This document shows positions 1-10,415 of a stretch of DNA of 64,000 nt, in pieces. Made by a program: the position numbers and the translations under genes. The stretch's first letter is position 1. Every line of letters begins with the position of its first letter. Origin of the DNA: a virus (lineage: Duplodnaviria; Caudoviricetes). The DNA lies in IMG/VR virus record IMGVR_UViG_3300032225_000686; one strand, written 5' to 3'. The notes beneath the pieces are model-generated. The model worked only from the letters and a program-made list of their open reading frames with translations, made no database searches and was not told the origin of the DNA.

Positions 1-113
1 TCATCCGCGAACTGATGCTCATCGTCATCGTAGCCGTCCTCGTCGGGGTCAAAAAACTCACCCTCTTCGGCGAGGAAATCTTCTACATCTTCGTTCATCG
101 GATCAGCGTCCAC
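1..113 (-). CDS. Partial, very acidic hypothetical protein (runs off window start)
   Basis: Minus-strand AAGGAG RBS, then GTG at 113; reads (M)DADPMNEDVEDFLAEEGEFFDPDEDGYDDDEHQFAD; not in ORF track. Confidence 0.6.
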   Translation of the reverse strand, partial: MDADPMNEDVEDFLAEEGEFFDPDEDGYDDDEHQFAD

Positions 114-336
114 GGTTGTTCTCCTTCTTGGGAGCAGCGTAAGAAACCACATCGGTATTCTTGATCCACCGCTGCTCATATGGGTGAGTGTTCTCAATCG
201 TGTCAGGCTCATGGAACGAGACAAGATACTGCGGACCATGATTGTGGTCACGCTCGGTGCGGATAACCATACCCGCTCGCTCTTCCGAATTACACCAAAC
301 CTTCGTACCCGGCGTGAGGAACTCTTCCTGTGCCAT
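103..336 (-). CDS. Hypothetical protein (77 aa, SH3-like pattern)
   Basis: ORF with AAGGA RBS, downstream of a minus-strand sigma70-type promoter. Confidence 0.7.
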   Translation of the reverse strand: MAQEEFLTPGTKVWCNSEERAGMVIRTERDHNHGPQYLVSFHEPDTIENTHPYEQRWIKNTDVVSYAAPKKENNRGR

Positions 337-396
337 AGGTATCCTTTGCTAAAGCGGGGATCACTACAGGTGAACCCCAAATGCTTCAATACTAAT

Positions 397-424
397 ATAA
401 TAGCACAGGCAATCCATAAGTCAA
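397..424 (-). promoter_or_regulatory. Sigma70-type early promoter (leftward)
   Basis: TTGACT-16-TATTAT on minus strand, back-to-back with the rightward promoter. Confidence 0.65.
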
Positions 425-428
425 GGGC

Positions 429-456
429 TTGACATCACTTTTTTTGGAGTTATACT
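429..456 (+). promoter_or_regulatory. Sigma70-type promoter, leaderless transcript
   Basis: TTGACA-16-TATACT; 7 nt between -10 and ATG 464; no SD. Confidence 0.8.
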
Positions 457-463
457 AGAACGC

Positions 464-1597
464 ATGGCTAACAAAATTGAACAGCAGTATTGGGGAAGCG
501 AGCCTCCTTGGGATCACCTTCCCCGAGACCCGAAAGACCCCAAGATCGCCACGCAGTATTGCAGGGCGGTTCAATGGTATCACAATATGTCGGATACCGA
601 TGACCATAAGAAGTGGGTCATAGAGTGGATGTCCGATAACAAGTACAAGGCTGATGCCCTAGCCGCTGTAAAGAAGTTGGCTGATGTAAGTCTTTATCCG
701 GGAGACAATCCTGATCTGCCCGTAGGCATCATTACAGGTCCAATAGCACGAATGCTGACCTTGGGTGCTCCTCTTATGCCTCAACAGGTAGATTCCTTCC
801 GTAAGGCTATCCTGACCCTTATAGAGAAGGGTAAGAAGCAGAAGGACGCGCCCGCAGGCGCGCCCGCGCCCGCCCGTGCGAGCGTGAGAGACTATGTTAA
901 AGATCAGGTCCGAGAACTGATTGAAGAGATTGAGTTGGTCTACGATTCCATCCTGCTAGGCAAACCCGTCAAGTGGGAATGCTCCGACTTCATCAAGTCT
1001 CGTCAAGTCAAGCCCATGCAAGCCCACATGATTGCGGATTGGTTTGACCATTCTCTGCAAGACATCAAGGCAGTAATCGGTGGCTCTGCGGACGATCAAT
1101 TAAAGGAAGGCTACTCTGTTTATACCAAGTCTCAACTGAAGAAGTGTATGGCTTGGCTTACACATGTAGTGGATACTTGCCGAGAGATGAAGCGACCGAC
1201 TCCTATCCGTAGGGTTCGTCGCAGAAAGTCTCCGATTGATCGCGTGAAGAGTATGAAGTGGAAGAAGTCCGATACTGATCTTGGTGTGGAGTCTATTCAC
1301 CCTAGCCGTATGATTGGTGCATCCAAGGTTGTTCTGTTCAACACTAAGACCCGAGTAGTAACCCTACTAGAGGCAGAGAATGCTGATGGTCTTGATGTGA
1401 AGGGAACATCTGTGGTATCCTTTGACTCCAAGGGCTGTAAGTGCAAAAAGGTACGAAAGCCCAAGGAATTCATCAAGGCAATCAAGGATGGCGGTATTCG
1501 TGCATTCAAGAATGCCTTTGACGCACTAAAAACCGATGAAAAGATCGGCAAGGGCAGAACTAACGAAGACACCATTATTCTTACAGTCTACAAGTGA
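464..1597 (+). CDS. Conserved T4-like phage hypothetical protein
   Basis: 377-aa ORF; C-terminal SIHP-x2-IGA-x4-FNTKTR...K-x2-RKP...GRTNEDTIIL recalled from T4-like phage core hypotheticals. Confidence 0.75.
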   Translation: MANKIEQQYWGSEPPWDHLPRDPKDPKIATQYCRAVQWYHNMSDTDDHKKWVIEWMSDNKYKADALAAVKKLADVSLYPGDNPDLPVGIITGPIARMLTLGAPLMPQQVDSFRKAILTLIEKGKKQKDAPAGAPAPARASVRDYVKDQVRELIEEIELVYDSILLGKPVKWECSDFIKSRQVKPMQAHMIADWFDHSLQDIKAVIGGSADDQLKEGYSVYTKSQLKKCMAWLTHVVDTCREMKRPTPIRRVRRRKSPIDRVKSMKWKKSDTDLGVESIHPSRMIGASKVVLFNTKTRVVTLLEAENADGLDVKGTSVVSFDSKGCKCKKVRKPKEFIKAIKDGGIRAFKNAFDALKTDEKIGKGRTNEDTIILTVYK

Positions 1598-1602
1598 GAT
1601 CG

Positions 1603-1610
1603 TATAAATA
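1603..1610 (+). promoter_or_regulatory. T4-type late promoter
   Basis: Intergenic TATAAATA. Confidence 0.75.
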
Positions 1611-1637
1611 GTCTCGTCATCATGAAGGAGCGAAACA

Positions 1638-2069
1638 ATGAAACTACTCGTATCTGAAATACTAGCCAAAGTAGCAACAGCGGAAACAGAGGCGAAGAAG
1701 ATCAACCTCCTTCGTGAGAACTACTCTCCTGCATTGGAAGATGTCCTTCATTGGGCATATGATCCAAACATCAAGTTCTTTACAAATAAGGTTCCGCCGT
1801 ACACCCCCGATCAGTCTCCTGATGGATTGGCGATGACCACATTTTATTCGGAACACAAGAGACTCTACTTGTTCCTAGAACAAACAAAAATTGATGCTGC
1901 CCGAAAGAACATTTTGCTCATTCAAATGCTTGAGGCTTTGAGTGGAGCAGAGTCAAAGATTCTAGAGAACATCCTTCTCAAGAACATCCCCGAGGTCTCA
2001 AAAGATCTTGCAGAGAAGGCTTATCCGGGTCTACTTCAAAGACCTATTCGTATCCCTGTGGAGGCTTAA
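1638..2069 (+). CDS. Conserved T4-like phage hypothetical protein (DUF6433-like)
   Basis: AAGGAG RBS; LVSEIL..V, W-x-YDP, PPYTP, LYLF, IQMLEAL pattern. Confidence 0.7.
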   Translation: MKLLVSEILAKVATAETEAKKINLLRENYSPALEDVLHWAYDPNIKFFTNKVPPYTPDQSPDGLAMTTFYSEHKRLYLFLEQTKIDAARKNILLIQMLEALSGAESKILENILLKNIPEVSKDLAEKAYPGLLQRPIRIPVEA

Positions 2070-2074
2070 ATCAC

Positions 2075-2242
2075 ATGAGTCGCAACAATGAATACCGAGA
2101 GTGGGAAGATCACGATTCCCGCAAGACTCGCAATTCTACGAACAAGAAGAAGAAGAACAGTTCGAAGAATTGGATGGAACGCTATGCAAAAGATTATGAT
2201 GACGATCAGTACGAAAACCGAGAAAAATTTCGGGGACGCTGA
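2075..2242 (+). CDS. Small charged hypothetical protein (55 aa)
   Basis: GGAGG upstream; MSRNNEYREWEDHDSRK...KFRGR fills the intergenic gap; below ORF-track cutoff. Confidence 0.6.
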   Translation: MSRNNEYREWEDHDSRKTRNSTNKKKKNSSKNWMERYAKDYDDDQYENREKFRGR

Positions 2243-2289
2243 TCCATCACATACATATAAAGAATCCTTTCTCATAATGGAGATATACA

Positions 2290-3453
2290 ATGCCTGACAC
2301 TACTACGCCAAAGAAGAAGATTGCTCTTTGCATGATTGTGAAGAATGAGGCTCATGTAATTGAGCGTTGTTTGACTTCGGTTCTCCCTGTCATTGATAAA
2401 TGGGTTATCTGTGATACGGGATCGACCGATGGAACTCAAGATAAAATTAAGAAGTTCTTTGAAAACGCGGGCATTCCCGGGGAACTACATGAGCGTACTT
2501 GGGTTGACTTCGGTACTAATAGAAGCGAAGTCCTAGAGTTTGCTCACAAGCAAACCGATATAGACTACTGCTTGATGATTGACTCCGATGAGGTTTTGGT
2601 TTTTGACCCCGGATTTGATCCTGACAAGTTCAAGGAAAGTCTTACAGCGGACCTGTACAATGTGTTTGCCTTCTATGGCAACACTCGTTACCACCGTCCA
2701 CAGTTGACTAGCAACAAGTTGCGATACTACTACCGTGGTGTTCTACATGAATATGTTGATTGCCATGACGAGATCAAGACCCGCGACTTTGCCCGTGGCT
2801 TCACAAACACTCCAATTCAGGACGGTGCTCGTTCTCAAAATCCAGACAAGTACAAGAAGGATGCCGAAGTATTTGAGAATGCTCTTGCTAGTGGTAAGGT
2901 AGAAGAGAAGGATTTCAACCGTTACCACTTCTATCTTGCTCAGTCGTATCGTGACTCACAGCAATGGGAAAAGTCTCTTGAGGCTTATCTCAAGAGAGCC
3001 TCTCTTGGTGGTTGGAACGAAGAAATCTTCTACAGCCTATTCCAAGTTGGCAGAATTCGTGAAATTCTAAAGCATGGAGTGGACGATATTGTTGCTTCGT
3101 ATTTCCAAGCATATCAGGCCGCTCCGTGGAGAGCCGAAAGCCTGTGGGCTGCGGCTAGAGTTTGTCGTATTATGAATAGATTTGACCAAGCCTATCGTTT
3201 TGCCAAATTGGCTATGTCGGTCAGATGCCCAGAAGGTGCTTTGTTTGTTGCCCAACCAGTCTACGATTGGATGATTTTGGACGAATACGCCATCTCTGCT
3301 TATTGGACCGAACGATATAAGGAATCTCGTATGGCTTGTCAGAAACTACTGGCTGAAAACAAGTTCCCTGAAGATCAGAAGCAGAGAATTGAAGCCAACC
3401 TAAAGTTTGCTACCGACAAGATCATGGAAGAGTCGGGAATGTTAGTCGGGTAA
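2290..3453 (+). CDS. Glycosyltransferase family 2 with C-terminal TPR repeats
   Basis: LCMIVKNE, DTGSTDGT, DFGTNR, DSDE (DxD), GVLHE, then TPR-like FYLAQSY helices. Confidence 0.9.
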   Translation: MPDTTTPKKKIALCMIVKNEAHVIERCLTSVLPVIDKWVICDTGSTDGTQDKIKKFFENAGIPGELHERTWVDFGTNRSEVLEFAHKQTDIDYCLMIDSDEVLVFDPGFDPDKFKESLTADLYNVFAFYGNTRYHRPQLTSNKLRYYYRGVLHEYVDCHDEIKTRDFARGFTNTPIQDGARSQNPDKYKKDAEVFENALASGKVEEKDFNRYHFYLAQSYRDSQQWEKSLEAYLKRASLGGWNEEIFYSLFQVGRIREILKHGVDDIVASYFQAYQAAPWRAESLWAAARVCRIMNRFDQAYRFAKLAMSVRCPEGALFVAQPVYDWMILDEYAISAYWTERYKESRMACQKLLAENKFPEDQKQRIEANLKFATDKIMEESGMLVG

Positions 3454-3475
3454 TCTTCGCAGGCTCTAGGTGCTA

Positions 3476-3482
3476 CTAAATA
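3476..3482 (+). promoter_or_regulatory. Late promoter (CTAAATA variant)
   Basis: Intergenic, upstream of the tail fibre gene; motif recurs before most structural genes. Confidence 0.65.
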
Positions 3483-3511
3483 GTCCCTAGAGATAGCGAG
3501 GGTATACCAAC

Positions 3512-6500
3512 ATGGCATTTTCTACTTCCCGTGGCGGGGTTCAGATTATACAACAGCCTCCTCAAACGACGCTGTTAAAAAAATACACGGATCTTAACCA
3601 ATCCTTACAGAACTCCCAAAATTACGGAGCCGCTGTATACATTGACGATGACGGTAGCCTAAACCTAGCAAAGGCTAATATTTGGCAAAACGCCCAAACT
3701 GTCGGAGTTGTTCAGGGTGGGTATACCGCAAACGGCATGTGGCATTTGGAGATTGTCTACCAAGGTGAGATTACTTTCCCTAACGGTGCTACTTCCACAT
3801 TCCTAAAGTTTCCTCTCGTTACTGGAGATACCTATTACCTATCCACAGGATTGAGTGGTGGTCTCACAGGAGCACCCCCATCGACATCAACGGTTGTTCA
3901 ACCAATGATGGTGGCTACAGATTCCTATTCGGGTATCGTAGTTAATGGTCTTCCTGCTGCATCAGTACTTCTTGGTAATACACAGGTTTCAATTTTTAGT
4001 CCTGTGGGTAGCGTTATGCCGTTCATGGGAACTCCCGACAAAGTGCCGGGTAATTACCTGTTATGCGTTGGGGATTCTTTCCCCAAAGGAACAACCAGTT
4101 CAGATACCTACAACGATCTATATTCCTCTATTCGTGAGAAGTATAGCATATTAGGATTGATTCGTTCAGGAACAACAGGAACTACGGGATATGTAAGATT
4201 TGACGGCTCTGTGGATGATGCTGCGCTTATTTCCGCAGGAAGTCCCGGAAGCACAAAGAATCACTCTCTAGCAAACAACCAAGTTTACAAGATGGTTTGG
4301 GGAACTAAAGAAGCAGTAGTGAAGGTATACTCTGCTACAGGTGCATCAACCGATGTAACTTTCCAATTCCTCAAAGGTATAACAGGATGGGCTGCGGGTG
4401 CTTCATCATTCTCTGGACTCGTTGATGGAACAGAAATCTACCTGAAGTCTCTAAAGACAGCAGAGGTTTCCGGATATACCTCCGACAATTTCTTTGTTCC
4501 TGATCTTCGTGGAAGAGCCTTAATGGGTGCAGGCAAGGGAAGAGGACTAACTGCACACACCTTGGGCGAGATGGGAGGAGAAGAGACTCATCTATTGACT
4601 TCTTCAGAAATACCCTCACACAGCCACGAAATTCCAATCAGAAGTAATGTTGCGGGTGGAGCAGGATCAATTCCTCCTGCACTACAGCAAACCATAGGAT
4701 CAGGAGTTACTGCTTCTGGTGTAAACAGCGTAAACACCAATGTATGGCAGGCAAATAAAGCACTATCCTTACCCACGGGTGGAGCAGAAGCACATCAAAA
4801 TCTACCACCATACATTTCCGCAAATTGGATCATTCGCTACAAATCAAACAAGGGCAATCCGGGAGTTGAAGTCGGTCCTCAAGGTCCGGCTGGCGCACAG
4901 GGAATAACAGGGTTAAACGGAGGAACTGGACCAACAGGGTCTACAGGATATTCTCTCGGAACACTATCTTATCGTTATAGTTCAAATTCGACAGTATCTT
5001 CTGGATATTTCTACTACGATACCGTAGCCAAAATACTTTACATAAATTCCACAGATATCGCGTCAAACGAATTATCTCCTCTCTTTGATACTTGGGGATT
5101 GCCTACTTCATTCACGAAGGGGACTCTTTATATCAGAGATGCCGTGACTCTGAATGCAATTAGAGTGCTTGGAATTGTAACAGCACCCGCAAAAGTCGGT
5201 AGTGTCTATAGAATGAATGCTACTGTAGATTTGGGTGGTTCTCTCAGTTTTACAAGTGGAAGATTGTATAATTTGATTTGGGTTCCTTCGGGTAATAAGG
5301 GAACTGATGGAGTCAGCATTACTGGTCCAACAGGAATTGGAACTGTTGGAGCAACAGGAAATACAGGTGCTACCGGTCCAACGGGAGCCTGTGTTTGCCC
5401 AGTAGATGCTTGGGGGGACTCTAGTGTAAAAACTGTATATTTGAATGTAAATGGAGTTGTTGAGCAAGGAGGGGGTAATGTATTCCCCAACTATTTCTCA
5501 GGAGAAGCGGGCAATCCAACAAATTGGTTAAGTTGGACACAATCGACTCAAGGTAAATACACAGCAAAAAGATCATCTCCTATTAATCTCTCCAGACTAA
5601 TATCAAACAGCGTAGATACATCTTTCCAAGTGAAGAGACCATGTGGTGGAAACGATTGTGATGATTCTAGCCAAACAGTATCTCTACTATATCAAACAGC
5701 AGCATCCAACACTCTAGAAAAGATAAAAGCGGTTGGGCTAGTGTTATCTTCAGGACAGTACACCATAAACAATCCTATTTTGGCTTCTAATGGTAACTAC
5801 TTCATCTGTGCTGAATCCGGATCATATCAACAAATAGACCCCGATGGACTTTCCGCATCAAACTCAGGAAATACCATAACAATTGATATCACATCAGACA
5901 TTTCAAATGTTGCTGTTGGTGATTATCTGAGTCTAACATCGGAGACATTCGCTGGAGGAATTAGTGGTTTTACTGGCTCAGACACATATACAGGATCTAA
6001 TTCCTTGTGTGGTCTGTATACCGTAACATCAATAGACACAAATAACGGTATTGTTAGAGCAAATGGAATAGTAGCAAATGGTGCTTCAGGTGCTTCGGTT
6101 TTCTCTGGCTATATTCCTTCTGGCAATCTTGGTCACTACAATGTATACAAAACATCAGTTGTATTCAACAATACTGACGGGTTTATAGTAGACCCCAGCG
6201 CAACATTGACCTTGGGCAAAACTTATGGTGGTACAGGAAATCCGTTTGTCATAGTCTTTGCTAACGGTACAAGTGGTGGTGCTGCGTCAAAGGCGGTTAT
6301 CTGTGATGGTGGTAAAGTAAATATGGAAGCAGGAATGGCCATTTACGGAACACCCATAAATGGTGCGGGTATTTATAGCAATGGTGGAAGAGTTGTTGCC
6401 GATAGAGTAGTAGCATCAAAAAATGGTGTTGCGGTGTATGCAGAAAACTCATCAGTAACACTAAAGTCCCCCACACTAGCACAAAATACCACAGCAATAG

Positions 6501-6946
6501 TTGCTAATAGAAATGGTCTAATAGATGTGGTGGGTTTATCAGGAGCAACATATGACTACACGGTTATTGCAAACAATAGAACAGCAGGAGTTGTTTCTGC
6601 AACAACCGTCGATGTATCTGACCCGAGATTCCATCTGTTGATAAGTGACTATCAGCAAGGAATACTTGCTACAAATCAAGCATCAGTTTCGATAGCACCC
6701 GGAACAACATCATCATACTCAAGTGTAATTTCCGGATATTTGCCTGTAAGTGGATTAGAAACTTCCGAACCAAAACCTGTAGTTATACGAATGGTGGATT
6801 CAAACTATAGGATAGTATCGAATAGGCTTGCAGGATTGCTTTCTGTAACTGGAGGATTCCTTGCTTCGTCAACATCTCTCACCGGAAATACCACCACAAT
6901 AAGCGGTCCTACTAGGGTATACCCCAACCAAGATTTAAGTCTATGA
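3512..6946 (+). CDS. Tail fibre protein with tail-collar domain, collagen-like repeats and C-terminal beta-helix-like region
   Basis: PVGSVMPF..G, FFVPDLRGR, GEMGGEETHLLT..EIPSHSH collar motifs; GPQGPAG/GPTG triplets; G/S/T-rich. Confidence 0.8.
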   Translation: MAFSTSRGGVQIIQQPPQTTLLKKYTDLNQSLQNSQNYGAAVYIDDDGSLNLAKANIWQNAQTVGVVQGGYTANGMWHLEIVYQGEITFPNGATSTFLKFPLVTGDTYYLSTGLSGGLTGAPPSTSTVVQPMMVATDSYSGIVVNGLPAASVLLGNTQVSIFSPVGSVMPFMGTPDKVPGNYLLCVGDSFPKGTTSSDTYNDLYSSIREKYSILGLIRSGTTGTTGYVRFDGSVDDAALISAGSPGSTKNHSLANNQVYKMVWGTKEAVVKVYSATGASTDVTFQFLKGITGWAAGASSFSGLVDGTEIYLKSLKTAEVSGYTSDNFFVPDLRGRALMGAGKGRGLTAHTLGEMGGEETHLLTSSEIPSHSHEIPIRSNVAGGAGSIPPALQQTIGSGVTASGVNSVNTNVWQANKALSLPTGGAEAHQNLPPYISANWIIRYKSNKGNPGVEVGPQGPAGAQGITGLNGGTGPTGSTGYSLGTLSYRYSSNSTVSSGYFYYDTVAKILYINSTDIASNELSPLFDTWGLPTSFTKGTLYIRDAVTLNAIRVLGIVTAPAKVGSVYRMNATVDLGGSLSFTSGRLYNLIWVPSGNKGTDGVSITGPTGIGTVGATGNTGATGPTGACVCPVDAWGDSSVKTVYLNVNGVVEQGGGNVFPNYFSGEAGNPTNWLSWTQSTQGKYTAKRSSPINLSRLISNSVDTSFQVKRPCGGNDCDDSSQTVSLLYQTAASNTLEKIKAVGLVLSSGQYTINNPILASNGNYFICAESGSYQQIDPDGLSASNSGNTITIDITSDISNVAVGDYLSLTSETFAGGISGFTGSDTYTGSNSLCGLYTVTSIDTNNGIVRANGIVANGASGASVFSGYIPSGNLGHYNVYKTSVVFNNTDGFIVDPSATLTLGKTYGGTGNPFVIVFANGTSGGAASKAVICDGGKVNMEAGMAIYGTPINGAGIYSNGGRVVADRVVASKNGVAVYAENSSVTLKSPTLAQNTTAIVANRNGLIDVVGLSGATYDYTVIANNRTAGVVSATTVDVSDPRFHLLISDYQQGILATNQASVSIAPGTTSSYSSVISGYLPVSGLETSEPKPVVIRMVDSNYRIVSNRLAGLLSVTGGFLASSTSLTGNTTTISGPTRVYPNQDLSL

Positions 6947-6963
6947 ATTTAGGATTATAAACC

Positions 6964-7476
6964 ATGTCAATCAAATCATTCGTAAGAGAACCCGATGGAA
7001 ACTTTACAATAAACGGAATTTCCGTATCTCGTTCCATCTTTTGCTCTATGGAACCATCTTATGCTGAAATGGATGGATTGGAGCACATTCGTTATACCGT
7101 AAATGGTCCAAGACGAATCGTGTGCAATGGAAAACACAATTTGATTGATGGTGTTTGGGAAGATGGCGAGAGATACATGGATCGTTTATCTGATTATGTC
7201 GAGGCGGCTGCTTTGGTTGAGTCAGAAGCATTCGGAACAAATGAACAGATAAGAAAGTTGGTAGAGATGAACGAAACACCAAGAGGAAAGAGAAGGAAAG
7301 AATACCCTCCGATAGAAGACTTGGTGATTGCTCTTTGGGAAAATCTAATAGAAAAGAAGAGCAAAAAAGAATCAGGCGTTGAGCAGATTCAAAAGTTAAG
7401 AAAAGCCGTCAAGGCTAAATACCCAACGGAGAACCAAGAAAATGCCGTCAATACGGACGAGGAAGAAACTAATTGA
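6964..7476 (+). CDS. Putative tail-fibre-associated/assembly protein
   Basis: RRKEYPPIEDLVIALWE...VKAKYP motif typical of small genes following tail fibres. Confidence 0.55.
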   Translation: MSIKSFVREPDGNFTINGISVSRSIFCSMEPSYAEMDGLEHIRYTVNGPRRIVCNGKHNLIDGVWEDGERYMDRLSDYVEAAALVESEAFGTNEQIRKLVEMNETPRGKRRKEYPPIEDLVIALWENLIEKKSKKESGVEQIQKLRKAVKAKYPTENQENAVNTDEEETN

Positions 7477-8263
7477 TTACGCACTACGGGCTTTAGGTGC
7501 GCCCGTTATAGAAGTCAATGTTGATGACGATCAGGTTGAGGATCGCGTCGATGATGCTGTTCGTTTCTTCTCTGAATATCACTTCGATGGAGTTGAGCGA
7601 GTATACCTGAAGTATCAAATTCAACAAGCAGATATTGATAATGGCTACATCAGCATAAAAGCGGATAATCCGGGATTTGTTAATACGGGAGAGACTACTT
7701 TTCAAGTGCAGGAAGAGGGAGTTACCGCTGCTGATATTCTTCTTGAAGATCTAATCACAAGCATAACCAAGATATTCCACATCACAGCACAGTCTGTTGG
7801 TATGTTCGATGTTCGATATCAATACGCTTTGAATGACCTCTATACATTTGGAACTATTGACCTAGTTCAATACGATCTAACACAGCAGTATCTCTCACTC
7901 TTGAGGCAATACCTATCCCCAGAAAAGATGGTAAATTTCAGCCGAGTGAAGAATCAGTTGAGAGTTGATATGGATTGGAAGTTTGTCCAACCGGGTCAGT
8001 ACTTTATCATCGAAGCATACCGTATTCTAGACCCAAGAGTACACACAGAAATCTACGAAGATCGAATGCTCAAAAGATATCTGACATCCTTAATCAAAAA
8101 GCAATGGGGTGTAAATCTGAGCAAGTATAACGGCATCAAGTTGCCGGGTGATATAACATTCAACGGCGAAAAAATCCTGTCCGAGGCTACGGCAGAGATT
8201 GACGCTATAGAGAAAGACCTCATAGCCAAGTACGAGTTGCCAACAGATTTCATGATGGGATAA
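7442..8263 (+). CDS. gp13: Neck protein gp13
   Basis: LIDYALRALGAPVIEVNV..DQ, HFDG, KKQWG-x-NL-x-KY; synteny; CTAAATA at 7415. Confidence 0.93.
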   Translation: MPSIRTRKKLIDYALRALGAPVIEVNVDDDQVEDRVDDAVRFFSEYHFDGVERVYLKYQIQQADIDNGYISIKADNPGFVNTGETTFQVQEEGVTAADILLEDLITSITKIFHITAQSVGMFDVRYQYALNDLYTFGTIDLVQYDLTQQYLSLLRQYLSPEKMVNFSRVKNQLRVDMDWKFVQPGQYFIIEAYRILDPRVHTEIYEDRMLKRYLTSLIKKQWGVNLSKYNGIKLPGDITFNGEKILSEATAEIDAIEKDLIAKYELPTDFMMG

Positions 8264-8267
8264 CCCC

Positions 8268-9155
8268 GTGGCACTCAACCCATATTTCAATAAGTTCAAG
8301 AATCTACCTGAACAGAATCTAATTGAAGACCTCACTATTGAGGCTATCAAGATTCACGGTATGGAAATGTTTTACTTGCCGAGGGAAATGATTCGCAAGG
8401 ATGACTTCTTTGGCGAAGCACCTTACTCAAGATTCTCAACCTTCAAGATGATTGAAATGTATATGGATACAACTACAGCATTTGAAGGTGGTGATATGTT
8501 CACCAAGTTTGGCTTCGAAATTAGGGACAGCGTGAAATTTACTGTTTCTAGAAAACGATTCAAGAGAGAGACTGGCATGGATAGACCGATGGAAGGAGAC
8601 TTGCTATTCCTGCCTCTGAACAACGGTTTGTTTGAAATCAAGTTCGTAGAACATGAGAATCCTTTCTACCAACTAGGAAAGAGACTAACTTTCCAATTAA
8701 CATGTGAACTGTTCCAATACAGCGAGGAAAAGATGGAAACCGGTATTCCCGAGATAGATGTTGTGGAAGAGGAAGCCGCGTACAGTATCAACCTCACTAT
8801 AGGAGCAACAAATGGAACAGGCACTTTTGGAAAGGGCGATCTCGTATACCAATTCGCAAATGGCTCCCCAACGGGATCTATGGGAGAAGCGAATGCAACA
8901 GCAACCATTCTATCCTATGACACGGCAAGCCCGAACATTCTTGTACTTACTGATATCGTTGGTAGTTGGAGCATCACGGGTGGCACAGGTCAGACACTAT
9001 ATGTGACCAAGAGTGACAATACTTTATATGCGACAGTTTCCGGTATTGGCGATAAGTTTGGAGTCCTTATTGATGAAAACAACAAGGGCATTCAAGACGA
9101 AGCAAATACCTTCCTTGACTTTACTGAAAGCCATCCGTTTGGAGACCCAACCTAA
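8268..9155 (+). CDS. gp14: Neck protein gp14
   Basis: EQNLIEDL..E-x-IKIHG, YLPRE, RP-x-EGDL, FYQLGK, CELFQY. Confidence 0.93.
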   Translation: MALNPYFNKFKNLPEQNLIEDLTIEAIKIHGMEMFYLPREMIRKDDFFGEAPYSRFSTFKMIEMYMDTTTAFEGGDMFTKFGFEIRDSVKFTVSRKRFKRETGMDRPMEGDLLFLPLNNGLFEIKFVEHENPFYQLGKRLTFQLTCELFQYSEEKMETGIPEIDVVEEEAAYSINLTIGATNGTGTFGKGDLVYQFANGSPTGSMGEANATATILSYDTASPNILVLTDIVGSWSITGGTGQTLYVTKSDNTLYATVSGIGDKFGVLIDENNKGIQDEANTFLDFTESHPFGDPT

Positions 9156-9928
9156 TGTTGGAACACTTCTACCATCAAACTATCCGTAAAGTTGTTGTAG
9201 CGTTTGGATCACTTTTCAACAACATCTACATCTCTCGTTTAGATGATGCGGGAGATGAGGTAGAGCGTATTAAGGTTCCTATCTCTTATGGGCCGCAGCA
9301 GAAGTTCATACGCAGGCTCGCCCGCATAGGAACAGACTTTGATGCCGCTAAAGTCAAGATTGAGAACTATATTCCTCGTCTATCGTTTGAGATTCAGTCA
9401 CTAACATATGACCCGAATCGTAAACTCAACACAATGAACAGGACTCTCCTGTACAAAGATGCGAGCACACTAAAAACTCGTTATGAGCGTGTGCCATATA
9501 ACTTAGACTTGTCTTTGGGAATAATGACAAAGAACACCGAAGATGCTCTGCAAATTGTAGAGCAGATACTTCCTTACTTCCAACCAGAATACACAATCAC
9601 GATCAAAATGAATGACATGGACCCGAAGGTAAACATACCTATCGTGTTCAAAGCATGTACTATCGGTGAAGGAGATGATGGTTCGTATGGCAACTACGAT
9701 CTACGCAAGTTGACCTATATGACCCTCTCCTTCACCGCACGGGTTTACTTGTATGGACCAATCCGCGAGCAGGGAGTCATCTTGGACACTCAAGTTGGTC
9801 TCCGAGATTCCCTCAAGGGCGGTCTTACTGCTGCAACTATAAATGTATATCCAAACACAGGAATTACAGCAGGTTCATATGTTCCCGCAGGACCGACAGC
9901 ACAGACACAAATAATAGAAAAGGCTTGA
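9155..9928 (+). CDS. gp15: Tail sheath stabiliser/terminator gp15
   Basis: FYH-x-TIRK-x-VVAFGSLFNNI, KVPISYGP, LQIVEQILPYFQP. Confidence 0.93.
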   Translation: MLEHFYHQTIRKVVVAFGSLFNNIYISRLDDAGDEVERIKVPISYGPQQKFIRRLARIGTDFDAAKVKIENYIPRLSFEIQSLTYDPNRKLNTMNRTLLYKDASTLKTRYERVPYNLDLSLGIMTKNTEDALQIVEQILPYFQPEYTITIKMNDMDPKVNIPIVFKACTIGEGDDGSYGNYDLRKLTYMTLSFTARVYLYGPIREQGVILDTQVGLRDSLKGGLTAATINVYPNTGITAGSYVPAGPTAQTQIIEKA

Positions 9929-9941
9929 GGAGGAGTTTGTT

Positions 9942-10415
9942 ATGACTGGACATGAATCACGGGTTGACAACAACCTAGACAAGGTGCTATTGGGTGGACC
10001 CGCAATGCGTAGTACACCCGAGCCTACTATGCTAGTACCAATTCCTATAAAACCACCACCATCAGACAAAGACCACGATAAAGACTATAGCGAGGTCAGA
10101 GATAACCTAAAGCGAGTTATCATACAGTCTGAAAGTGCTATTCAGGGAATCTTGCAGGTAGCCGAAGAAACACAGAACGCCCGTGCATACGAGGTGGCTG
10201 CACAGTTGATTCAGGCTACTCTTGAGGCCAACAACAAACTGATGCACCTGCATAAGCAACTAAAAGAAATCAAGAAAGAAGATGCTGTAAAGCAAACCAA
10301 TGTGACAAACAACAGCATATTTGTTGGCAATACATCAGAACTCTCCAAATTCCTAAAAGCACGAAAAGAATTGGAGAAGGCGGTCAAGCCCGAGGATATT
10401 ATAGATGCCGAGTAA
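9942..10415 (+). CDS. gp16: Terminase small subunit gp16
   Basis: DY-x2-VR-x-NL, RAYEVAAQLI, NVTNNSIFVG-x-T-x-EL. Confidence 0.9.
   Translation: MTGHESRVDNNLDKVLLGGPAMRSTPEPTMLVPIPIKPPPSDKDHDKDYSEVRDNLKRVIIQSESAIQGILQVAEETQNARAYEVAAQLIQATLEANNKLMHLHKQLKEIKKEDAVKQTNVTNNSIFVGNTSELSKFLKARKELEKAVKPEDIIDAE

Noticed and set aside
845-885. GC-rich GCGCCC microrepeat
   Set aside because: Encodes an Ala/Pro linker inside a CDS; too short to be an array
4860-5390. Gly-x-y triplet repeats
   Set aside because: Ordinary collagen-like segments of a tail fibre
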